DNA of 63,812 bases, filler included, from Octopus bimaculoides (taxonomy: Eukaryota): the NCBI RefSeq assembly GCF_001194135.2. It is 5 parts of 5 records of this genome, joined end to end, with 100 filler letters (N's around TTAATTAATTAA, not from the genome) between each part and the next. Parts side by side here need not be neighbours in the genome. Positions count along the whole stretch, not along the records: positions 42,921 to 61,007 come from NC_068981.1; positions 61,108 to 63,812 come from NC_068983.1; 3 more parts are not named here. The stretch is one strand, 5' to 3'. Below are positions 51,561 through 63,812 of the stretch, one piece after another; within the stretch, counting starts at the first letter, position 1, and each line of letters begins with the position of its first letter. The notes under the pieces were generated by a model. That model was not told the origin of the DNA. It worked only from the letters and a program-made list of their open reading frames with translations, and made no database searches. The position numbers and the translations under genes are program-made.

Positions 51561-54500
51561 AGTTCACTAGCTATCCTAATTATGCTGTTGATTTCCTGCT
51601 CGAAATCTTGGCCAAGATATTTACTGGTCTCTTTCCTTTGCTGCAAATATTGCTTCAGTGTCATAACACCTGCTTCAAATGATATTAATACAGATTTAAG
51701 ACCACTGCCACCATCCTTGCATGGAAGATACAGCCCGTCTAATTTTCTATTGATGTTGAAGTTTCTAGTAATACCGAGCAGCTTGCGAGTTCGTACGTCT
51801 ATATATGAATGTTTATATATGTGTTCTCTGTTTTTAATTATTTAAATTCTTCCTTTGAAGGAGAAGCTGGTTTCTAACAAACATACAAAGCTCCATCGTT
51901 GGAAGGTAGATAACAAAAACAATGTCCCATTTTAAACCTGAGTATATCGCATGTATGTATGTATGTATGTGTGTATGTATAAATGAATGAATGAATGAAT
52001 GAATGCATCAGCGTGTATATGAATAAACGAGGAATTTTCTGAGAAGTGAAAATGCTATCCGTCTACCATTTAAATTGCACCCACGCCCGCATTGAACATA
52101 AAGTAGAGTAACGGTTGAGCAATGTATATTAGTATGAATTATCTTCATGTATTATACATTTCATTGTATTAAGTACTCGTTTATTCAAAACGTATATACG
52201 TTATGTGTGTGTGTATACACGTATATATCTGCATTTACATACATGTGTGTGTGTGAGTGTGTGTGTTTTGGAAATTTAGGGAACGAAGTAGATGAAATCA
52301 AGGCTAAATATGTTTCGTAGCTAACGGAACCTCGGAAGTCAGAGAAATAATAATCAAAACTTTATAAAATATTATGTATACATATATACAACCTACACAT
52401 CTATGCATATGTTTATGTACATATATGCGAATACATATATACATATATATGTATATATACATCTCTCTCTCTCTCTCTCTCTCTATCCATATATATATAT
52501 ATATATATNNNNNNNNNNNNNNNNNNNNNNNNNNNNNNNNNNNNNNNNNNNNNNNNNNNNNNNNNNNNNNNNNNNNNNNNNNNNNNNNNNNNNNNNNNNN
52601 NNNNNNNNNNNNNNNNNNNNNNNNNNNNNNNNNNNNNNNNNNNNNNNNNNNNNNNNNNNNNNNNNNNNNNNNNNNNNNNNNNNNNNNNNNNNNNNNNNNN
52701 NNNNNNNNNNNNNNNNNNNNNNNNNNNNNNNNNNNNNNNNNNNNNNNNNNNNNNNNNNNNNNNNNNNNNNNNNNNNNNNNNNNNNNNNNNNNNNNNNNNN
52801 NNNNNNNNNNNNNNNNNNNNNNNNNNNNNNNNNNNNNNNNNNNNNNNNNNNNNNNNNNNNNNNNNNNNNNNNNNNNNNNNNNNNNNNNNNNNNNNNNNNN
52901 NNNNNNNNNNNNNNNNNNNNNNNNNNNNNNNNNNNNNNNNNNNNNNNNNNNNNNNNNNNNNNNNNNNNNNNNNNNNNNNNNNNNNNNNNNNNNNNNNNNN
53001 NNNNNNNNNNNNNNNNNNNNNNNNNNNNNNNNNNNNNNNNNNNNNNNNNNNNNNNNNNNNNNNNNNNNNNNNNNNNNNNNNNNNNNNNNNNNNNNNNNNN
53101 NNNNNNNNNNNNNNNNNNNNNNNNNNNNNNNNNNNNNNNNNNNNNNNNNNNNNNNNNNNNNNNNNNNNNNNNNNNNNNNNNNNNNNNNNNNNNNNNNNNN
53201 NNNNNNNNNNNNNNNNNNNNNNNNNNNNNNNNNNNNNNNNNNNNNNNNNNNNNNNNNNNNNNNNNNNNNNNNNNNNNNNNNNNNNNNNNNNNNNNNNNNN
53301 NNNNNNNNNNNNNNNNNNNNNNNNNNNNNNNNNNNNNNNNNNNNNNNNNNNNNNNNNNNNNNNNNNNNNNNNNNNNNNNNNATGGTGAAGGGGAGAAAAA
53401 GGGAATATCTCTCTCTTTTCTCTTTTCAAAAAAGATATTTTTCCGGCTTTCGATATTTTACCCTCGTTCTGCTCTAACGACCCTCAATGTCAGTTTTCGT
53501 TCGGTTTCCTTGTATATTTCCATTGTCCTATTTTTGTTCCCAACTTTGACCCTCCATAAATCTAAAATTTTATTTTGGTATTTATGCAACTGTCTTCGAA
53601 GACTCATATTGTCGCTCAATGCTCAAAATGAGAAGTAGATAGACAGCAGCGAAATGATTAAGGGTCGTTCTTTGTGTTACTTGTCCTGTCTTCCATTTTT
53701 TCTCTCGTTGCTTGCGTATTTAATTCATTTGTTTTTAAATTTCATGTTGTTTAATGTTGATGACATCCTGTACTGATATATGCATATACATATATATATG
53801 TCTATATATATATATATATATTGTATTATTATTTAAATGAATGTATGTATGTATGTATGTATGTATGTATGTATGTATGTATGTATGTATGAACACAACC
53901 ACTCAGTCACACGCATTACATAATCAGAAATGTATGGGATGTGCTTGTGCATAGAATCGTAAAAGAACTTAAAGAAACAAATAGCGGGATTGCTAGGGTA
54001 ACCAAATGGAATGTAGGAAATCACACAGGAGAGCAGTTATGTTTGTGTGTGTGTGTGTGTGTATAAACATATATGTGTGTGTGTATGTGTGTATTATGTG
54101 CATATATATATATATACATGCACACGCTCATATTGAGAGAGAGGAGAACCATATTGTCTGTGCGTGTATGTGTGTGTGTATGCGTGTGTGTGTGTGTGTG
54201 AGTGTGCGTGCGTGCGTCTGTACGTCTACGTTTGAACGTGTGGTGTGAACGTGAGTGAGCGCACACGTTTGCATGTGCGTGAGTGTTCATGTTTCAGCAG
54301 AAAATAGGAAGTTGATTTATAAGTTTCGAGAATGTTTCTGTGGTACCCGACGGAAGTAATATTATTGTGAACATGAAAACTCACTATAGCAAAGTGTATT
54401 TTCCAAGTATGACATTCTAAATAGGCAAAATGTGTTCTTGTATATTATAAAAATATATACATGTATATTTCAATGCTATGTTGTTGCCTAGTAAATTTCT

Positions 54501-54655
54501 TATCGTTAAAGGGAAAGGAGTTTGTGTTATACCATTTAATTTTATTTTTTAATATGAACATAAGAAAATAATTATAATTACTCATACAGACATAGGGAAC
54601 TTACATACACGGATTTGCACACACGTATGTGTGTATATGTGTGTGTGTATATGTA

Positions 54656-54690
<35 letters not shown>

Positions 54691-55061
54691 ATTCGGCCAC
54701 CGACATTATATATTATATATATATATTAATATTATATATATATATATATTATATATATATTAATATTATATATATATATATATTATATATATATATTAAT
54801 ATTATATATATATATTATATATATATATTAATATTATATATATATATTATATATATATATTAATATTATNNNNNNNNNNNNNNNNNNNNNNNNNNNNNNN
54901 NNNNNNNNNNNNNNNNNNNNNNNNNNNNNNNNNNNNNNNNNNNNNNNNNNNNNNNNNNNNNNNNNNNNNNNNNNNNNNNNNNNNNNNNNNNNNNNNNNNN
55001 NNNNNNNNNNNNNNNNNNNNNNNNNNNNNNNNNNNNNNNNNNNNNNNNNNNNNNNNNNNNN

Positions 55062-55094
<33 letters not shown>

Positions 55095-55322
55095 CATATA
55101 TATTATATATGCATATTTATACATATATATGCATACATATATACTCACGCATACACACATACATATGCATTTGCGCTCGCAAACACACACACACGCACAC
55201 AGTGCAGAAGAAATTAATTTATGATGCCAATTCAATTTATTTGTCTGACAATAAATGTTTATGGTTATGTGAATGCTTCGTGCAACTTAGAGATGGGTGC
55301 GATGACGTGTGTATATATGTGC

Positions 55323-55375
<53 letters not shown>

Positions 55376-56089
55376 TGTGTGTGCGTGCATGTGTGTGAGT
55401 GTGTGTGTATATGTGCATGTTTGTACGTGCGTGTGTGTGTATCGCGGTTAATAATTTGAAACTAAATAATAAATTGATATTTCATGATCCTACTCCTGTT
55501 ATCATAATTTTTGCCAATCACAGATCCCTATTTCTATATGTTTTAGCGGATGATTTTAATTTTAATTGTTGATTTTGAAAATATATTGACAAAAACTCAC
55601 ATCAAATAGACATTTAATCTCTCCGATATACTCCTAACATTAATTTTTAAAGGCTAGGCAATACATGCAAATGCATGAAAATTTGAAATGTGTTTTGTTT
55701 CATAGTGTTTAATTATGTATCTATTTTCTCCTCTTATAAGCATTACCGGACACAAAATACAGTTCCTGCATTTGTTGTATGGACTTATTTAGTGTTGATT
55801 AGAGCTGTATCTGCTATTATTATTATTTGGTTGTCTACGTGTGATCTCTAAAGTGTATCGCTTCAAATAATATATTCAAATTATAAGTATTAAGGTTCTA
55901 TATATTAATATGTATATGCGAACATGCTAGTATTGTAGGAATATGACATTTAATTTAGGACTGAATATTTAATGTGTTTCCCGCGTTTACGAACAAAGAA
56001 AAAAAGCGTGCGCAGTAAGTTTTAATGGGATTTTAACTCTGCATGAACGACACACTTGACCAAACGGAAACAAATGATGTTTCCGTCAT

Positions 56090-56260
56090 ACATTTTTATG
56101 CATACTATTTCGTGGTTTGTAATAATTACTTCAACCGTTGAAAAGGATGTCCCGATTTATCTCACCAATATAGTCTTGATAAGTACTTCAAGGTAGACAG
56201 AGAAATGTTATACTGATACGGTACATCAAAAAGAAATGTGTGTGGACCAATATACTCAAC
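56090..56260 (+). pseudogene. Possible Penelope RT remnant
   Basis: DKYFKVDREMLY*YGTSKRNVCGPIYST resembles NNxFxFxxxxYxQxxGTxMGxxxxPxYAN; short and heavily decayed. Confidence 0.3.
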
Positions 56261-56559
56261 TTAGAGAAGGCACGAACATTTATGGAGGTAGTAAAGTTGC
56301 TCCCTTTACATTCTTCAATACACTTTCATGTGAAGCCTAAGGTACACGCATGGATGAACTCAAGATTCCATAGTCTGTGTTAGAAATTATAGGAGACCAG
56401 ATCTCGCCATCGCATTAAATTACAATCTCGCTTAGGTAGAAATTAAGGAAAAAGCATTTCGCAGCAAAGTCTACGGACTGATCGACAGGATATATTGGTC
56501 TGTCTTACTGGTTCAAGAAAAACCCATATTACTGCCTAGCATAATATGACATCTTCAGC

Positions 56560-57230
56560 CCTACAAGATATGTTGTTTACATCATAGAGTTCCAAAACAA
56601 AAAGTAGACGCTTTATCATACACGTGCTTTCGTCTGCCGAAAAATAAAATCATGTTCCAACTAAATAATTCATTCACATCAGTTGAAACAAGAACACATA
56701 GCCAACGTTGAAAAAAAAGAATCGTATGAGACATACACTGGGAGTCTTAATCTCTTCTTACCGAATCATTGTTCTAAAATTTTGTGAAACCTGGGAAAAG
56801 AGAAGAAATTAGGAATTATGGAGCTTTGTAGATCAAACAACTTCTAAGAAACGAAATGATTAAAGAAAAAATAGTAAGAACATATCAGGTTGTATTGATA
56901 CTTGACAATCACAAAGCTTTTGATTGAATACCAAATAGGTGGATCATCGCAATATGGTATATAGCCAAATTTCTGCAACCACTGGTAGCTGCTAGTCGAC
57001 AACAAGGACTTAGTGTACTGCATTACTTTTCAATAAGGAAACAAACCAATCAAATCTGATCATACGTTATCAAAAAAGTTCCCCACGGAGCGATGATTTT
57101 GCAGTAATGCATTTCTCCTCTCAATAAAACTGTTACAAAAGACAGAGGTCACTAAAGATAGTGCTGATAGAAATGAATACCCTGATTCGCACATTTTCTC
57201 TATAGATAAACTGAAACTATATTAGTTATT
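56560..57230 (+). pseudogene. Heavily degenerate R4/Dong-clade RT
   Basis: QLLRNEMIKE...LILDNHKAFD*IPNRWII...SHIFSIDKLKLY (57187-57222), matching DYKKAFDSVPHxWI and SHLLYMDDLKLY. Confidence 0.65.
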
Positions 57231-58081
57231 ACTAAAGAAAATGACGAATAACTTGAGGATTTTTGTTTGTTTTTAATCTCACCTTTTATTGATGAAATTT
57301 TAAACGCATAAAACAATTTAATCACATGATCCAATATTCCATTGACATAAGAATAAAAATTTAGTGAGTCCAAAGGATTGTTTTAATAGCAAGACGAGGA
57401 AAATTTGTACTGTTACCCCAAATCAAAACATGCAGATTGAAAATATAACCTGTACATTCAGATGAGAAATACAAATATTTTCGACAGAGAGCTCCAGATA
57501 TTATAGTCCCATCCACAATGACAAGGCAGTAAAATAAATGACTCAAGAGAACAAGGAAAATATGATCATCAAAAATGTCAGTCTAAAACAAATATATCAG
57601 TCATAATATCCTTGCAGAAGTTATCCTGATACATCTGGCTTTCAAAATTGGTTACTACGAGAAGTCAACGGGGGGAATTTAAGTAATCAGAAATCACCTA
57701 TTTTACCGTAATATTCAACATCAATATGAATGTTGACGTAGTTAAAATATTTAAGAAAATAAAGATCTGCAAGAATGTTGTTTTTTTTTTTTTATTTAAA
57801 AGGCAGAAAAACTTGTTTATTTAATTTTTTATTATAATAAATTTTCTTTACAACCTTGCTTGCAAACAGCACGTCAATCGAAATAAACTCTACAACACTG
57901 GTCAGAAAGCGGAGGCTTATATAAACTAACTCACAGCCTGGTTTAGTTTGCAGAGATGCTTGTGAATTCACGTGAATAAAGCATATATATATTTACATAT
58001 TCATTTATTTATTTATATGTATGTATATGCATATATACATAGATATGTATATGTATTTATATACATTTATGTGTTTAAATG

Positions 58082-58124
<43 letters not shown>

Positions 58125-58125
58125 G

Positions 58126-58198
<73 letters not shown>

Positions 58199-58843
58199 NN
58201 NNNNNNNNNNNNNNNNNNNNNNNNNNNNNNNNNNNNNNNNNNNNNNNNNNNNNNNNNNNNNNNNNNNNNNNNNNNNNNNNNNNNNNNNNNNNNNNNNNNN
58301 NNNNNNNNNNNNNNNNNNNNNNNNNNNNNNNNNNNNNNNNNNNNNNNNNNNNNNNNNNNNNNNNNNNNNNNNNNNNNNNNNNNNNNNNNNNNNNNNNNNN
58401 NNNNNNNNNNNNNNNNNNNNNNNNNNNNNNNNNNNNNNNNNNNNNNNNNNNNNNNNNNNNNNNNNNNNNNNNNNNNNNNNNNNNNNNNNNNNNNNNNNNN
58501 NNNNNNNNNNNNNNNNNNNNNNNNNNNNNNNNNNNNNNNNNNNNNNNNNNNNNNNNNNNNNNNNNNNNNNNNATATATATATGCCAGGCTTTTATGCAGT
58601 TTCCGTCCTCATCAAAATTTTGTTCGAAATGATTTCGTATATCCGAGGCTATAGTAGAAAGCACTTCTCCTAAGCCTCGTGTTGCGAAGTCGAACGCTGA
58701 ACGACTTAGTCATAAAACGAACTTGCAAACCTTACATTCCCGCTTGCATTCAGACAACCGCCTTAGTATGTGTGTTAGAATGACAGACTAACGATTGTCT
58801 AGGCTTTGCAGACGTAACGTTTAAGAGATTAATACGAATTGAG

Positions 58844-58942
58844 GTTTACAACCATAAGACGTTGAAAGCTGAAAAAATCATTTTGCGTCTGATCACCGAA
58901 GTTAAGCAACTTCGATTTCAGTTACTAGTTAGATGGGTGGCT
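58844..58942 (+). pseudogene. 5S rRNA-derived sequence (pseudogene or SINE3 head)
   Basis: gtttacaaccataagacgttgaaagc...gcgtctgatcaccgaagttaagcaac.tcg...cagtta.ta.ttagatgggtg aligns to metazoan 5S, including box A and box C regions; small insertion; 3' end lost. Confidence 0.75.
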
Positions 58943-59537
58943 GATCATTTCGAAAACTTAGGTGTTGTAAGAGATATGCTGTGAGCACTCGACCGCTTAA
59001 TCAGTTATTTATTGCTCAGTTTGTTTCTTTAGTACATAGTTTTATATCTAACTATTTACAGAAGATCTGTAGTTTTGTGCACAAACTGAGAACAGTTTTG
59101 GTGTTGTACACAAGACCGGAAACAATTTTGTCTGGAAGTTTTAATAAAATAGGAAAACAGAGAGTCACACATACATACTTTCATTCCTGTTTCTCTCCTC
59201 ACATTTCCTCTCTTCTGTGCTTTGATACAGAAGGGAAGGATGTGTACATACACGATATCTTGATACTGAGTGGACTAGGTTCCACAATGACTGGCCTCTG
59301 ATATTAAATAAAGTGTTAACTCTTATGGTATGCAAATTAGCAAATCCATTCCTCTCAAACTATTAGATCCGAATGTATATACGAACAGCCTCTCTATTTG
59401 CTTCACTGAAATAGGTCAAGTAATGTAGACAATTCCGATAAGACTCCAATTAAGGCTTAAAAATTGATTAAGAAGGTTCATCATCTTCTTCAATTTAATG
59501 AAAAAATAACTTTGACGTCTATCTGTCTACTCCGTAG

Positions 59538-59579
<42 letters not shown>

Positions 59580-60947
59580 GTGTGTATATCTATTTATCTA
59601 TATATATATACATGTACATATAGGTTCTTTTATTTGTTTCAGTCATTTGACTGCGGCCATGCTGGAGCATCGCCTTTAGTAGAACAAATCGACCCAAGGA
59701 TTTATTCTTTGTAAGCCTAGTACTTTTTCTATCGGTCACTTTTGCTGAACTGTTAAGTGAGGCAGACGTAAACTCACTGAAATCGGTTGTCAATTGTTNN
59801 NNNNNNNNNNNNNNNNNNNNNNNNNNNNNNNNNNNNNNNNNNNNNNNNNNNNNNNNNNNNNNNNNNNNNNNNNNNNNNNNNNNNNNNNNNNNNNNNNNNN
59901 NNNNNNNNNNNNNNNNNNNNNNNNNNNNNNNNNNNNNNNNNNNNNNNNNNNNNNNNNNNNNNNNNNNNNNNNNNNNNNNNNNNNNNNNNNNNNNNNNNNN
60001 NNNNNNNNNNNNNNNNNNNNNNNNNNNNNNNNNNNNNNNNNNTATATATGACGGGCTTCTTTCAGTTTCTGTCTACCAAATTAACTCACAAGGCTTTTGG
60101 TCTGCCCAAAGCTATAGTATAAAACAGTTGCCCAAGGTGCCACGCAGTGGGACTGAACCCGGAATCATGTGGTTGGTAAGCAAGCTATTTACCAGACTGC
60201 CACTCTTAAGATTCTGTTGAATTAGGTACTTAAATTGAGGCATCTTGTTAGATTGGAGTAACATTCATACCCGACAATATTAAGTGAATATCAGACTAAG
60301 TGCATAGGTGCCGGCCACATAATAGTCTTACAGTGTATGCAGATAACAAAACCCAGCTGAGCGAAGAAATCCGCTCTTAGCTATTCAGACATGTACTTCA
60401 TATTAGAAATACTGTCTATGATATCTACGAAGCGCAGATTCCAGGATAGGTGAATAAAATATGAGTAATAAAGACGTACAGGGATCAATCCATTACAGCC
60501 GTTTTCAACGACTCCTTTAATTGATTAATGAAAACATTCCATCATTGTAAAGAGATCGTTTTAATCAGATGAATTTATGAGCTTCATACATAAAGGACAA
60601 TTCGACTTCTTTAACATAGTTACAAATTCAGGGAGCAAAAATATTTACATTGATTCTACTACTATTCAGTTGGCAGAAAGAATTTACTACAATAGTGTAT
60701 ATTTGGTCTGAACCAAGAAAATAAAGGGGTTAGTAGAGTTTATAGTGGGGGGACGAAGTAATTTAGTCAATTACTTTGATTTGTTTTCCATTTTCCTTTA
60801 ATATATACCTGCTAACTCGGAAGCCTACTACGGATCTCTAGCTCCAGCCTTAGCTGTGAATTTGGAACCTAACGGATGACCAATTATAGCACTTACGCAG
60901 TGTACCTATTCGTTTAGATCATCAGTGAATTGCAGACACACAACAAC

Positions 60948-61007
<60 letters not shown>

Positions 61008-61089
61008 NNNNNNNNNNNNNNNNNNNNNNNNNNNNNNNNNNNNNNNNNNNNTTAATTAATTAANNNNNNNNNNNNNNNNNNNNNNNNNN

Positions 61090-61980
61090 NNNNNNNNNNN
61101 NNNNNNNATATATTGTATGGACATGTGACGAGAATGGATGAGGATAGCTGCGGGAAAAAGTGCCACACCCTAGTGGTTGAGGGAACCCATGGAAGAGGCA
61201 GGACTAGGAAGACTTGGGATGAGGTGGTGAAGCACGACCTCCAAACATTAGGCCTCACCGAGGCAATGACTTGTGACCGAGACCTTTGGTAATATGCTGT
61301 GCGTGAGAAGACCTGGCAAGCCAAGGGAGACCAAAATACAAGGCCTCTGCCAGGGATGTAGCCAGCTCACTTACGTGTAACATTCCTTCATTGGACACTA
61401 AACTCTGCTTGCGAAGACCTGTGAAATCAAAATCAAAATCGAATTAAATTCGACAACTTGCACCCATGCTAACGTCGTCTTCTTCATCGGAAATGAAACT
61501 TGGCTTGCGAAGACCTATTGGGGCAAGCGAAAGCGAAACCTTCAATGGCACCTGTGCCCAGTATCGCCTTCCTGGCACTTGTGCCAGTGGCACGTGAAAA
61601 GACATTCGAGCAAGATCATTGCCAGTGCCGATGGACTGGCTCCTGTGCAGGTGACACATAAAATACACCATTTTGAGCATGGCCGTTGCCAGTACTGCCT
61701 GACTGGCCTTCATGCCGATGGCACATAAAAGCACCCACTACACTCTCGAAGTGGTTGNNNNNNNNNNCCGTTGCCAGTACTGCCTGACTGGCCTTCATGC
61801 CGATGGCACATAAAAGCACCCACTACACTCTCGAAGTGGTTGGCATTAAGAAGGGCATCCATCTGTAGAAACTCTGCCAAATCAGATTGGAGCCTGGTGC
61901 AGCCATCTGGTTTGCCAGTCCTCAGTCAAATCATCCAACCCATGCAAGCATGGAAAGCGGATGTTAAACGATGATGATGA
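61090..61980 (+). mobile_element. RTE-clade LINE 3' portion (ORF end, long 3' UTR, (GAT)n tail)
   Basis: YGHVTRMDEDSCGKKCHTLVVEGTHGRGRTRKTWDEVVKHDLQTLGLTEAMTCDRDLW; ends catggaaagcggatgttaaacgatgatgatgat. Confidence 0.9.
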
Positions 61981-62189
61981 TTCCACCAAAGGAATTCACC
62001 TTCGTACAAATTTTAGCCCATTTGCAGGAATGGTGCCTGGGGTAAAATGCCTGGATTATCTGATCCCCACTCAATTACTGCATATTTATAAACACACCTG
62101 TACACATACTTGTGTCTATGTTGTCTATATCTATCACTCTGCTTACTTACATATCAACATTTCACATATCTATCGAAACATACACATGC

Positions 62190-62223
<34 letters not shown>

Positions 62224-62498
62224 NNNNNNNNNNNNNNNNNNNNNNNNNNNNNNNNNNNNNNNNNNNNNNNNNNNNNNNNNNNNNNNNNNNNNNNNNNNNN
62301 NNNNNNNNNNNNNNNNNNNNNNNATATGTATGTGTATATAATGATAGATAGATATACATACATACATGCACACACACTCATTCACACACCCATATACACA
62401 CATACAATATCTCTAAGCACATTTAAATACACGAGCATGAATGTACATGTGCATATAGATATGTATGTATTTAATATTCACATACATACATACATACA

Positions 62499-62534
<36 letters not shown>

Positions 62535-63107
62535 TATTTAGATTTATACCTTTATGCATATGTATGGCTGACAGAACAGGCATTTCAAATACATATCAAC
62601 GTGTACATGTGCATATGGAAATGCACATAAACGCCTGCAGGTATTTCCATAGAAATGGCCGATTCCATGGAAATAGGAATATATTGACCAATACCTGCTG
62701 AGTGAAATAAATTTGGTAGATAGGAGGTGTCAGTAAAATGTATTAATGTTACTGTTGTTATTGGTGGTGGTGGTGGTGGTGGTGGTGCTATTGTTGTTGC
62801 TGTTGTTATATTGTTATTAATATTATCATAATTGTTCAAATTCTGCTGAAGTCCACTTGGTCTTTCATCCTTTCAGAGTTCATAAGTACCAGTTAAGCAC
62901 TGAGGGGTCAATGTAATCAGCTTACCCCACACCCCCACGAAATTGCTGGCTTTATGTTAAACTTTGAAATCAATATTATTATTATTATTGTTGTTGTTGT
63001 ATTTGAGGATGGTCATGTTCCCAGTTTAGCCAATAAAAACACACGCACTATATATTTGGTGTTGATTTGCTTCAGCTTTATTTTATTTTTTACATTAATC
63101 GTATTTC

Positions 63108-63152
63108 GGCCAGAGTTCTTTCGTCACTCTTCTGTGACATCATCAGGGGTCC
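63108..63152 (-). ncRNA. Minimal type I hammerhead, left arm
   Basis: GGACCC CTGATGA T GTCAC agaaga GTGAC GAAA GAAC TC TGGCC; the 1.1-2.1 pair is mismatched. Confidence 0.6.
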
Positions 63153-63352
63153 TTTGCTTTCTTCTTTCTTATTCATGTGTCTTTCCTTACTAAAAATCAG
63201 CCATTTTGTATTTTGTATATATAATAGACCTCGTAGTTTGCTGGTAAATCATGTTTACTGGCTCAGAGTTCGTTGAATATGTAATTAATCAGAATACAAA
63301 ATGGCTGATCGTTAGTAAGGAAAGACACACAAATAAGAAAGAAGAAAGCAAA

Positions 63353-63396
63353 GGACCACTGATGAGGTCAGGGAAGTGTGACGAAAGAACTCTGGC
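63353..63396 (+). ncRNA. Minimal type I hammerhead, right arm; predicted cleavage after C63392 (CUC)
   Basis: GGACCA CTGATGA G GTCA gggaagtg TGAC GAAA GAAC TC TGGC; core intact, stem I only 3 contiguous bp. Confidence 0.6.
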
Positions 63397-63567
63397 GGAA
63401 ATATGATTAATGTAAAAAATAGAATAAAGCTGAAGCAAATTAACACCAAATATACAGTGCGTGTGTTTTTATTGGCTAAACTGACAATATGACCATCCAC
63501 AAATACAACAATATCTGTTTCAACACACGATTTCACATCAAGAATCATGCAAAACGAATATATAAAC

Positions 63568-63569
<2 letters not shown>

Positions 63570-63606
<37 letters not shown>

Positions 63607-63812
63607 GTTCAGTAGTTTTATTTTTATAACGTGCTTTCACTTCACTACCGAGCGCAGCTCTGTGCGCCTTGGGTATGTGCTGTGGTTTGCTTTGATGATC
63701 TTATGGTTACTGTATTGACAGTGTTTTGCGTAGGATGTGTGCTGTGCCCAGTAGTGCAATTTTCTCTATGTTATATATATTTGTAAGTCCTGGTGTTTTG
63801 TTATGTATTTGT
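63570..63812 (-). mobile_element. R4/Dong-clade LINE 3' end running into (TAA)n
   Basis: QIHNKTPGLTNIYNIEKIALLGTAHILRKTLSIQ*, then 3' UTR, then (AAT)n. TAA-repeat targeting is established for Dong elements. Confidence 0.9.

Larger units (their letters stand above)
62994..63511. repeat. Fold-back with ~220-bp arms, each containing a hammerhead
   Basis: 62994-63212 vs 63290-63511, about 85-90% reverse-complementary by eye; spacer about 77 bp. Confidence 0.9.

Overview
AT-rich, gap-riddled eukaryotic DNA with a very high microsatellite load ((TA)n, (CA)n, (GA)n, (TAGA)n, (TAA)n, (CAT)n). The repeat families and microsatellite density suggest an octopus genome; this is inference. No intact protein-coding gene is supported, and the supplied ORFs are almost all microsatellite or N translations. 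The only host-gene candidate is a possible first exon on the minus strand (3969-4112). The rest is decayed mobile DNA: three or four tRNA-derived SINE families; about seven R4/Dong-type LINE fragments; RTE, CR1 and Penelope fragments; a Helitron with both termini; mariner- and piggyBac-type MITEs; a probable solo LTR; and a 5S rRNA-derived relic. The most notable signal, absent from the ORF track, is a set of minimal type I hammerhead ribozyme motifs in at least three non-coding repeat families. One copy looks fully intact (23282-23339). Others are near-intact (63353-63396, 63108-63152, 50333-50391) or decayed. They sit in partial-tandem (about 394 and 556 bp period) or fold-back arrangements typical of Penelope pseudo-LTRs and retrozymes. 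All alignments and folds were made by eye.
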